Assembly: GCA_948735595.1 (NCBI GenBank)
Contig: CAPXSA010000028.1
Coordinates: 14,397 to 78,396, forward strand
Reading direction: 5' to 3'
DNA from: an uncultured Clostridia bacterium
GTDB lineage: Bacteria > Bacillota > Clostridia > TANB77 > CAG-508
DNA: 64,000 nucleotides
Part shown: positions 56,258 to 64,000 of the stretch, piece after piece
How positions within the stretch are numbered: the first letter of the stretch is position 1
How the letters are laid out: each line of letters opens with the position of its first letter
Notes under the pieces: generated by a model
The model's input: the letters and a program-made list of their open reading frames with translations, nothing else
Told to the model about the DNA's origin: nothing
Database searches by the model: none
Program-made: the position numbers and the translations under genes

Positions 56258-56289
56258 TTATCCACAAAGTTATCCACAATTGTGCATAA
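56258..56289. promoter_or_regulatory. DnaA boxes upstream of dnaA
   Basis: Two perfect TTATCCACA boxes at 56258-56266 and 56270-56278, plus an inverted TGTGCATAA (1 mismatch) at 56281-56289. Confidence 0.85.
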
Positions 56290-56466
56290 GTAAACCACGA
56301 TAATCCTTTAAAAATAAACAAAAAATCAAAAAAATTGACATAATCTTTTGAATTAAAAAGTTTTTTTATTGAGAAATTGCTGAAAAGCCGATTTCCCTAT
56401 ACTTGTATATCATATCAAAAACATAATCTATTCGTCAATACTATTAAAAAATTTCTTTTGAAAATA

Positions 56467-56496
56467 TTGACATAATTATATTTGTGGGTGTATAAT
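56467..56496 (+). promoter_or_regulatory. rpmH operon promoter
   Basis: TTGACA (56467-56472), 18 nt spacer, TG-n-TATAAT (TATAAT at 56491-56496). Confidence 0.65.
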
Positions 56497-56577
56497 GGTA
56501 AAGCTTATATAAAGGTGAATTGTTTTGCAAGCGCAAAATAAAATAGAAAGACTATTGCGAAAGTGGGAGGTGCTAAG

Positions 56578-56712
56578 ATGAAAAGAACATATCAACCAAA
56601 AAAGAGACAAGAACAAAAAGAACACGGATTTATGAAAAGAATGCAAACAAAATCAGGAAGAAATGTACTAAAAGCAAGACGTGCAAAAGGTAGAAAAAAA
56701 TTAAGTGCTTAA
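56578..56712 (+). CDS. rpmH: 50S ribosomal protein L34, not in the supplied ORF track
   Basis: My translation is [53 protein letters not shown]. Confidence 0.9.
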   Translation: MKRTYQPKKRQEQKEHGFMKRMQTKSGRNVLKARRAKGRKKLSA

Positions 56713-56777
56713 AACATAGAGGGTCACGTATAAGAAAAGTGGCTCTTTTTGTTATTGCTTGAATTGAGTGATTTAAA

Positions 56778-57119
56778 ATGAGAAAAATGAAAACATTAAA
56801 AAAGAATTATGAATTTCAAAATGTTTTAAATAAAGGAAAATTTTATATTGGGAAACAAATTACAATTTATATTATGCCAAGTAGGGAAGAAGTAAGTCGT
56901 ATTGGAATTGCCATTTCAAGCAAATCATATCATGCTGTAAAAAGAAATGCAATAAAGAGAAAGATTAGAGAAAGCTACCGATTATTAGCAAAAGACTTAA
57001 AACAAGGATATCACATTGTTTTTCTATGGAATAAAAAAGTACCAATAGAACAGCTTGATTTTCATATCATTAGCCAAGACATGAAAAGTATTTTCTCTAA
57101 GGTAGGAATGTTAGAATGA
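56778..57119 (+). CDS. rnpA: Ribonuclease P protein component
   Basis: 113 aa and basic. [20 protein letters not shown] corresponds to the RNR motif region. It lies after rpmH. Confidence 0.85.
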   Translation: MRKMKTLKKNYEFQNVLNKGKFYIGKQITIYIMPSREEVSRIGIAISSKSYHAVKRNAIKRKIRESYRLLAKDLKQGYHIVFLWNKKVPIEQLDFHIISQDMKSIFSKVGMLE

Positions 57120-57334
57120 AAAAGGCTTGTATCTGGTTATTAAGAGGATATCAAAAGAAAATTTCACCATTTCTAGGGGCAAAAGGAGTACATTGTAAGT
57201 TTTATCCAAGCTGTTCAGAGTATATGGTACAAGCAATACAAAAGTATGGATGTATCAAGGGAATATGGCTAGGAATAAAACGATTATTAAGATGTCACCC
57301 TTTTGCAAAAGGTGGGTATGACCCATTAAATTAG
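57116..57334 (+). CDS. yidD: Membrane protein insertion efficiency factor YidD
   Basis: The start overlaps the rnpA stop (ATGA). [10 protein letters not shown]...[10 protein letters not shown]...RCHPF. Confidence 0.85.
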   Translation: MKKACIWLLRGYQKKISPFLGAKGVHCKFYPSCSEYMVQAIQKYGCIKGIWLGIKRLLRCHPFAKGGYDPLN

Positions 57335-57353
57335 AATAGACTAGGAGGAACTT

Positions 57354-58307
57354 ATGGGATTTATCTCGGAACTATTTGGTTATATATTAAATTGGTTATA
57401 TGGGCTTGTAAGTAATTATGGAATTGCCATTATTATTTTCTCTATATTACTAAGAGTCATATTAATACCAATTACCATTAAACAACAAAAATCTATGAAA
57501 AAATCTGCAAAACTTCAAGAGAAGATGGCAGAAATTCAAAAGAAGTATAAAAATAACCCAGAAAAATTAAATCAAGAAACTATAGAACTATATAAAAGTG
57601 AGAAGATGAGCCCATTTAGTGGATGTTTAACGTCAATTATACAATTAGTTATTATTTTGTCAGTATTTTGGCTTGTTAGTCAACCACTTACTTATATGAA
57701 ACGCATTGATCCTCAAATGATTGAAACATATACAAATGAAATGAAGGAAAGTGAATTTAACCCTAATAATAGCTATGTTCAAATTAGCGTATTAGATTAT
57801 GCTGAAACAAAATATCAAGAGATAGAAGAACAATTAAAACAAGAAGATGTAGAGAATAGGGAAGAGTTAGAGGCAAAAAGAGATGACTACAATCAATTAA
57901 GACTAAACATGGAATTTTTAGGCATTGATTTGAGTAAAGTTCCAACACAAAGCTTAAATGATTGGAGAGTATATATTATTCCGGGTCTATATGTTATTAC
58001 TTCTTTTATTTCCATTCGATTAACAACTATGACACAGAATAAAAAGAAGAAGAAAAAAGAAGATATTGTCATAGAAAATGGAGAAGTGAAAGAAGAACCA
58101 GACCCAATGGAACAAATGCAAGCAATGAACAAAAGCATGACTTATATGATGCCAGTTATGTCAGTTATGATTGCTGTGATTGCACCACTTGGCCTTGCTT
58201 TATATTGGCTTATGAGTAATATTTTAATGATTATAGAAAGATTAGTAATTAATAAAATTATGGATAGCAAAGAAGAGAAAGACGAGGAGGAGAAGGCAAA
58301 TGGCTAA
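57354..58307 (+). CDS. yidC: Membrane protein insertase YidC (Gram-positive short form)
   Basis: GIAIIIFSILLRVILIPITIKQQKS and the C-terminal GLALYWLMSNILMI. Confidence 0.9.
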   Translation: MGFISELFGYILNWLYGLVSNYGIAIIIFSILLRVILIPITIKQQKSMKKSAKLQEKMAEIQKKYKNNPEKLNQETIELYKSEKMSPFSGCLTSIIQLVIILSVFWLVSQPLTYMKRIDPQMIETYTNEMKESEFNPNNSYVQISVLDYAETKYQEIEEQLKQEDVENREELEAKRDDYNQLRLNMEFLGIDLSKVPTQSLNDWRVYIIPGLYVITSFISIRLTTMTQNKKKKKKEDIVIENGEVKEEPDPMEQMQAMNKSMTYMMPVMSVMIAVIAPLGLALYWLMSNILMIIERLVINKIMDSKEEKDEEEKANG

Positions 58308-59049
58308 AACAATTATTGCAGAAGGAAGAACTTCTACAGAGGCAATAGAAAAAGGATTAAATGAATTAGGCGTTTCTAAAGATGCTGTAGAAATTAAAGT
58401 ATTAGAAAGTGATGAGAAAAGAAGCTTTTTTAGTATTTTAGCGCCTAGAGTAGTAAAAGTAGAAATGACATTAAAAGAAGGTGTAGCACTTAGAAAAGTA
58501 GATAATCATAGAAGTCATAAACAAGAAAATAGTAGAAATCAAAAGCAAGAAGAATATAAGCCACATGTAGAAAAACCAAAAGTTCATTTAAAACCAGAAG
58601 AACTAGAAAATGCGACAAAAAACTTGAAGGAGTTTCTAGATGAACTTGTTGCTAAAGTATCTCATATGGAATATACTATTCATTCTGATGAAAACTATAT
58701 TTATGTAGAAATGAATGGAGAAGATTCTGGAACTTTTATTGGCTATAGAGGAGAGACTCTAAATGCAATGCAAACCATATTGACAAGTGTTGCTAACAAA
58801 CATTTAGAAACAAAGGCTCATATTGTATTAGATATTGCGGGGTATCGTGAAAAAAGACAAAAGGCATTAGAAGAGTTGGCAGATAAACTTTCCAAAACAG
58901 TGATTAGAACAGGAAAACAACTTACCTTAGAACCAATGTCTGCTTATGAAAGGAAGATTATTCATAATCGTTTGCAGGCAAGTGAGCAGGTTAGAACTTA
59001 CAGTGTGGGTGAAGAGCCATATAGAAAAGTAGTAATTAGTAAAAAGTAA
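58300..59049 (+). CDS. jag: Jag/KhpB RNA-binding protein (Jag_N, KH, R3H)
   Basis: It overlaps yidC by 8 nt. The C-terminal R3H motif is MSAYERKIIHNRLQ. Confidence 0.85.
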   Translation: MAKTIIAEGRTSTEAIEKGLNELGVSKDAVEIKVLESDEKRSFFSILAPRVVKVEMTLKEGVALRKVDNHRSHKQENSRNQKQEEYKPHVEKPKVHLKPEELENATKNLKEFLDELVAKVSHMEYTIHSDENYIYVEMNGEDSGTFIGYRGETLNAMQTILTSVANKHLETKAHIVLDIAGYREKRQKALEELADKLSKTVIRTGKQLTLEPMSAYERKIIHNRLQASEQVRTYSVGEEPYRKVVISKK

Positions 59050-59325
59050 ATATAAATATTAAGAATCGGAAGTCAAAGTTCGGATTTTAGCTAAATAATA
59101 GGCTATTTCTAACTTTGACTATTTTTATTAGAGTATTTTATAGTTAATTGCTTAAATAGTATATGTTTTCTTGTTTTTCAAATGCCCGAGGCAGCCAGAA
59201 GATTCAAAGAAGTACAGTAACTCGGTACCTTTCAAAACTGCAAAAACAAGTACTATTCAAGTATAAAAATGATAAAAATTAGTAACTAAAAATTAAAAAT
59301 CGCAAAGTTTAGAAAGGAGTTAGAA

Positions 59326-60705
59326 ATGTCAACAATAGCAGCGATTGCAACAGCAACTACTAATGGAGGAATTGGAATTATTCGTATAAGTGGAAAAGAA
59401 TGCTTTACAATATTAGAAAGAATTTTTAGTCCTAAAAATCCTCAAAAAATAGAAGAAATTCAGGGATATACCATGAAATATGGGTATATTATTAACCCAG
59501 AAACAAAAGAAGAGATAGACGAGGTAATTGTTTCCTATTTTAAAAGCCCAAAGAGTTATACAACAGAGGACATGTGTGAAATTAATTCACATGGTGGAAT
59601 TGTAATTGAACAAGAAATTTTAAAGCAGTGTTTACTAGCGGGAGCAGAACTTGCGGAACCGGGAGAATTTACAAAAAGGGCATTTTTAAATGGTAGAATC
59701 GACTTATCGCAAGCAGAAGGAGTTATTGATTTAATTAATAGTAAGACTTCAGGAGAAGCAAAGGCATCTTTTGAGCAATTACAAGGTGACTTATCTAAAA
59801 AAATTCAAGAAATTCGCAAACTACAATTAGATATTATTGCAGATATAGAGGCTTCTATTGACTATCCAGAATATGATGAGGTAGGGGAAGTTACAAATCA
59901 GAAAATGAAAGAAGCATTAGATAATATAAAAGGGAGATTAACAAAATTAGAAGAGAGTTATAGCAATGGAAAGATTTTAAAAGAGGGAATTAAAACTGTT
60001 ATTGTAGGAAAGCCAAATGCGGGGAAGTCTTCTCTTTTAAATGCCATTTTAAATGAAGAAAGGGCCATTGTGAGTAATATAGAAGGAACAACTAGAGATA
60101 CCATTGAGGAGTTTGTTACCATTCATGGAATTCCTTTAAAATTAATTGATACAGCTGGGATTAGAAATGCAAAAGATGAGGTGGAAGAAATAGGCGTTCA
60201 AAAAGCCCTCAGATTGATAAAAGAAGCAGATTTGGTAATAGATATCATTGACAATACAAAAACGCTAGAAAGCGAAGATAAAGAAATTCTGAGCATGTTA
60301 ACGAAAAAAGTTGCTATAATATTGCTGAATAAGATAGATGAAGGAGATGCCCATCTAGAAAACAGCAAAGAACTAAAAGAAGTAGAAAAACCTATTATCA
60401 AGATTTCAGCAAAGACAAAAGAGGGAATAGAAGAACTTTATCAGAAGATTATACAAATGTTTCAATTGAATACAATAGAAATTAGACAAGGTAGTATTAT
60501 AACGAATATAAGACATAAAAATCAAATACATAAAGCAATATCTGCAATAGAAGAAGCAGAGGGAGTATTAGAACAGGGGCTACCAATAGACTTACTTGCA
60601 GTACCAATCAAGCAATCATTAGAAGAATTAAGTGCTATTACAGGTGAGAATGTTTCAGAAGATATTATTGCAGAAATCTTTTCAAAGTTCTGTTTAGGAA
60701 AGTAA
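59326..60705 (+). CDS. mnmE: tRNA modification GTPase MnmE
   Basis: GKPNAGKSSLLN, DTAGIR, and C-terminal FCLGK. Confidence 0.9.
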   Translation: MSTIAAIATATTNGGIGIIRISGKECFTILERIFSPKNPQKIEEIQGYTMKYGYIINPETKEEIDEVIVSYFKSPKSYTTEDMCEINSHGGIVIEQEILKQCLLAGAELAEPGEFTKRAFLNGRIDLSQAEGVIDLINSKTSGEAKASFEQLQGDLSKKIQEIRKLQLDIIADIEASIDYPEYDEVGEVTNQKMKEALDNIKGRLTKLEESYSNGKILKEGIKTVIVGKPNAGKSSLLNAILNEERAIVSNIEGTTRDTIEEFVTIHGIPLKLIDTAGIRNAKDEVEEIGVQKALRLIKEADLVIDIIDNTKTLESEDKEILSMLTKKVAIILLNKIDEGDAHLENSKELKEVEKPIIKISAKTKEGIEELYQKIIQMFQLNTIEIRQGSIITNIRHKNQIHKAISAIEEAEGVLEQGLPIDLLAVPIKQSLEELSAITGENVSEDIIAEIFSKFCLGK

Positions 60706-60818
60706 TAAAAATTAACCAACTGTTTCGACAAACACGATTTCTTGTTTCATAGAAAACTGAAAAGTATTTTGTCGAAACATAAAAAAGTTCTATAAAATAA
60801 AGGAGAAGGAAATAGAAA

Positions 60819-62693
60819 ATGAAATATGATGCAGGAAAATATGATGTAGCAGTAATTGGAGCAGGACATGCAGGCTGTGAAGCGGCGCTAGCGACAGCAA
60901 GACTAGGTCTTAGAACTTTGCTTTTTTCTATTAGCTTAGAGGCGGTTGCAAATATGCCATGTAACCCACACATTGGGGGCAGTTCAAAAGGACATCTTGT
61001 AATGGAAATTGATTGTCTCGGAGGAGAAATGGGAAAGAATATAGATAAAACGTATACCCAGTTAAGAATGCTAAATACTTCAAAAGGACCAGCAGTCTAC
61101 TCTTTAAGAGCACAAGCAGACAGAAAGAGATATCAAATGGAAATGAAACACACCTTAGAAAAACAAGAAAATCTTTATCTAAAACAAGCTGAAATTGTAG
61201 ATATAGGGGTGAAAGACGGGAAAGTAAAGAGTGTAGAAACAAACATTGGAGCAGTATATCAAGTAGATAATGTAATATTAGCAACAGGAACTTATTTAAA
61301 AGGAAAGATTTATATAGGGGAAGTTTCGTATGAAAGCGGACCAGATGGCGTGTTCCCAGCTAACAAATTGTCAGATATGCTTACCAAAATGGGAATAGAG
61401 TTAGTTAGATTTAAAACAGGAACTCCAGCTAGAATTAATAAAAACTCCATAGATTTTTCAAAAATGGAAATACAAAATGGAGATGAACATCCAACAGCTT
61501 TTTCATTTGAAGATAGCATAGAGGAAGGCATAGAGCAGTTACCATGCTATTTAACTTATACCACAGAAAAGACGCATGAAATTATCAGGAAGAACTTACA
61601 TCGTTCGCCACTATATGCAGGAGAAATTAAAGGAACAGGACCAAGATATTGCCCTTCTATTGAAGATAAAGTAGTAAGATTTGCAGATAAAGAAAGGCAT
61701 CAAATATTTGTAGAACCAATCGGAAGGGATACAGATGAGATGTATATTCAAGGTATGAGTTCTTCTCTTCCAGAAGATGTGCAAATTGCTATGTATCATA
61801 CCATTCCAGGATTGGAAAATGCAGAATTTACAAGACCCGCTTATGCAATTGAATATGATTGTATTGATCCATCAGAATTAAAATTATCCTTAGAACACAA
61901 AAAGATTAGTGGTATGTTCTTTGCAGGGCAAATTAATGGAACATCAGGATATGAAGAAGCAGCAGCACAAGGAATTATGGCAGGTATTAATGTTGCACAA
62001 AAAACACGAGGAAAAGAGCCAGTGATTTTGGACCGTTCTACAGCATATATAGGAGTTTTGATAGATGATATTGTGACGAAAGGGACGAATGAGCCATATA
62101 GAATGATGACATCAAGAGCAGAATACAGATTATTATTGAGACAAGATAACAGTGATTTGAGATTAACTGAAATTGGACATGAGGTGGGGTTGATTTCTGA
62201 AGAGAGATATCAGAAATTTTTAAAAAAGAAAGCTGCCATTGAGAAAGAAGTAGAAAGACTAGAGAATACTGTGATTAAGCCAACAAAGAAGGTAAATTTG
62301 TTTTTAGAGAAATATCAGTCTTCACCATTAACAACAGGTGTAAGATTAGCAGAATTGCTTAGAAGAACAGAATTAAAATATGAAGACTTAAGGGAAATTG
62401 ATGAACAAAGAGAAGAATTACCAAAAGATGTTGCAGAAGAGGTAGAAATAGAGGTAAAATATAAAGGGTATATCAAGTTACAGCAACAACAAGTAGAAAA
62501 ATTCAAAAAGTTAGAAAGAAAATTATTGCCACAAGACATTGATTATGCAGAAATAAAAGGGCTAAGACTAGAAGCAAGGCAAAAATTAAATAAGATAAAG
62601 CCAAATTCTGTAGGACAAGCTTCTAGAATATCAGGAGTCTCTCCGGCAGATATCTCTGTACTACTCATTTATTTGGAACAGTTAAAAGCTTAG
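60819..62693 (+). CDS. mnmG: tRNA uridine 5-carboxymethylaminomethyl modification enzyme MnmG
   Basis: [21 protein letters not shown] motif. 624 aa. Confidence 0.95.
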   Translation: MKYDAGKYDVAVIGAGHAGCEAALATARLGLRTLLFSISLEAVANMPCNPHIGGSSKGHLVMEIDCLGGEMGKNIDKTYTQLRMLNTSKGPAVYSLRAQADRKRYQMEMKHTLEKQENLYLKQAEIVDIGVKDGKVKSVETNIGAVYQVDNVILATGTYLKGKIYIGEVSYESGPDGVFPANKLSDMLTKMGIELVRFKTGTPARINKNSIDFSKMEIQNGDEHPTAFSFEDSIEEGIEQLPCYLTYTTEKTHEIIRKNLHRSPLYAGEIKGTGPRYCPSIEDKVVRFADKERHQIFVEPIGRDTDEMYIQGMSSSLPEDVQIAMYHTIPGLENAEFTRPAYAIEYDCIDPSELKLSLEHKKISGMFFAGQINGTSGYEEAAAQGIMAGINVAQKTRGKEPVILDRSTAYIGVLIDDIVTKGTNEPYRMMTSRAEYRLLLRQDNSDLRLTEIGHEVGLISEERYQKFLKKKAAIEKEVERLENTVIKPTKKVNLFLEKYQSSPLTTGVRLAELLRRTELKYEDLREIDEQREELPKDVAEEVEIEVKYKGYIKLQQQQVEKFKKLERKLLPQDIDYAEIKGLRLEARQKLNKIKPNSVGQASRISGVSPADISVLLIYLEQLKA

Positions 62694-62762
62694 AAATTGG
62701 TAAAAGTGAATAAATAGAAAAACTTACAACATGGAATAATAGGAAGGAATAGGAGAAAAGAA

Positions 62763-63482
62763 GTGGAAGAAAAAGAGTTTAAGGAAGAATTAGCGAAAAG
62801 AGTAGTACAATTTAATGTAAATTTGTCAGAAGAGCAACAAAATCAGCTTTATCAATATATGAAGCTATTACTAGAGTGGAATGAAAAAATGAATTTAACC
62901 GCTATCACAGAGCCAGAAGAAGTTTTGACAAAGCATTTTATAGATAGTATTAGCATAACTCCATATATGAAAAACGCAGAAAAGGTATTAGATGTTGGAA
63001 CAGGTGCAGGATTTCCTGGAATTCCTCTTAAAATTATATTACCAAATAATTCTTTTACTTTACTAGATTCTTTGAATAAAAGAATTCATTTCTTGGAAGA
63101 AGTGATAAAGCAACTGAAATTAGAAAAAATAGAGGCAATTCATGGAAGAGCAGAAGAGTTCTGTAAAGGAGATGCTAGAGAAGGATATGATATAGCTGTG
63201 TCTAGAGCAGTTGCCAAGTTAAATGTTTTATTAGAATACATGTTACCATTTGTTAAAATTGGTGGAAGTTGTATTTGTATGAAGTCATTAGATATTGAAG
63301 AAGAACTAGAAGAAGCAAGAAAAGCAATAGAAGTATTAGGTGGAACAATAGAAAAAATAGAAGAGATTACCTTAGAAAATACAGATATCACAAGGAAAAT
63401 AGTAATCATAAAAAAGATAAAAGAAACTCCAAAGAAATACCCAAGAAAAGCGGGAACACCTAGCAAAGAGCCAATTATATAA
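62763..63482 (+). CDS. rsmG: 16S rRNA (guanine527-N7)-methyltransferase RsmG
   Basis: GTG start. DVGTGAGFPGIPLKI SAM motif. Confidence 0.9.
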   Translation: MEEKEFKEELAKRVVQFNVNLSEEQQNQLYQYMKLLLEWNEKMNLTAITEPEEVLTKHFIDSISITPYMKNAEKVLDVGTGAGFPGIPLKIILPNNSFTLLDSLNKRIHFLEEVIKQLKLEKIEAIHGRAEEFCKGDAREGYDIAVSRAVAKLNVLLEYMLPFVKIGGSCICMKSLDIEEELEEARKAIEVLGGTIEKIEEITLENTDITRKIVIIKKIKETPKKYPRKAGTPSKEPII

Positions 63483-63488
63483 ATAGAA

Positions 63489-63520
63489 AATTAAGTCTTA
63501 TTAATGAGACTTAATTTTTT
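63489..63520 (+). terminator. Terminator after rsmG
   Basis: Stem AATTAAGTCT/AGACTTAATT followed by TTTTTT. Confidence 0.7.
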
Positions 63521-63698
63521 AGTGTATTTTAAGAAAATTCATTGACATATTTGCAATATTTTTATATCATTATAGTGTTATATTTTTGAAGAAAGATTAT
63601 ATAAAAGGGAAAAAGAAAAATCAATGAAACACTAGAACCACATGGGATATATCAAAAATACAAACGGTTTACATAAAACAAGAAAGGAGAAAAGAAAA

Positions 63699-64000
63699 GT
63701 GGGAAAAATTATTGCAATAGCAAATCAAAAAGGCGGAGTAGGAAAAACAACAACAGCTATCAATTTCAGTACTTTACTTGCCAAAAGAGGAAAAAAAGTT
63801 TTACTAATAGATGCAGACCCACAAGGAAATGCAACCAGTGGAATTGGAATGGACAAAAATGTGGAATTTTCTGTATATGATCTCATTATTAATGATGAAA
63901 TAGATCCAAAAGATACCATTCAAAAAACAGAAATTAAGAATTTGTCGATTTGTCCATCTAATATTAATCTTGCAGGAGCAGAAGTAGAACTTGTTTCTAT
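63699..64000 (+). CDS. soj: ParA/Soj chromosome partitioning ATPase, 3'-truncated by the window edge
   Basis: GTG start after AAAGGAGA. The translation begins [23 protein letters not shown]...[12 protein letters not shown]. Confidence 0.85.
   Translation, partial: MGKIIAIANQKGGVGKTTTAINFSTLLAKRGKKVLLIDADPQGNATSGIGMDKNVEFSVYDLIINDEIDPKDTIQKTEIKNLSICPSNINLAGAEVELVS

Noticed and set aside
60721-60779. TGTTTCGACAAA...TTTGTCGAAACA arms between mnmE and mnmG as a parS site or terminator.
   Set aside because: The half-sites resemble parS (TGTTTCAC/GTGAAACA) only partly and are separated by 35 nt. No U tract follows. It is probably just a long-loop hairpin of unknown relevance.

Overview
This is a low-GC Firmicute (Clostridia-like) chromosome segment that spans the replication origin. 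I had no database access, so every product call rests on motifs I recognised by eye.

**Core backbone**
- On the + strand: rpmH-rnpA-yidD-yidC-jag-mnmE-mnmG-rsmG-parA (56.5-64 kb).
- Diverging on the - strand: dnaA-dnaN-recF-gyrB (50.2-56.2 kb).
- The dnaA-dnaN spacer holds a DnaA-box cluster, a TAG/TAA DnaA-trio run and an AT-rich unwinding region.

**Left third (1-16.3 kb)**
- A 5'-truncated bimodular NRPS with domain order (C)-A-T-C-A-T-reductase.
- A 7TM sensor kinase that abuts the NRPS.
- A guanylate-kinase-like gene, a receiver/HD-GYP regulator, tex, a YkpA-like ABC-F ATPase, a DUF378 protein and corA.

**Composite island (16.4-28.3 kb)**
- A tRNA-Lys(CUU) gene is cut inside its anticodon loop by a 7.4 kb integrative element. 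The element is bounded by an 11 bp direct repeat and does not rebuild the tRNA.
- The element carries its own complete, divergent tRNA-Lys(CUU) with a consensus promoter.
- Next to it lies a module with a large serine recombinase, an ORF6N/PLD-like gene and a GC-rich patch.

**30-50 kb**
- A type IV secretion gene set is split into two opposed blocks, at 33.9-37.4 kb (+) and 44.5-49.0 kb (-).
- The two blocks flank dnaD/dnaI-like genes and gyrA. As a result gyrA sits 6 kb from gyrB.
- Both T4SS ATPase genes look damaged.
- Between the left block and dnaD lies about 2 kb of non-coding DNA that almost lacks G on the + strand. I cannot explain this tract.

**Most interesting observations**
- The G-less tract.
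- The split tRNA with an element-borne replacement.
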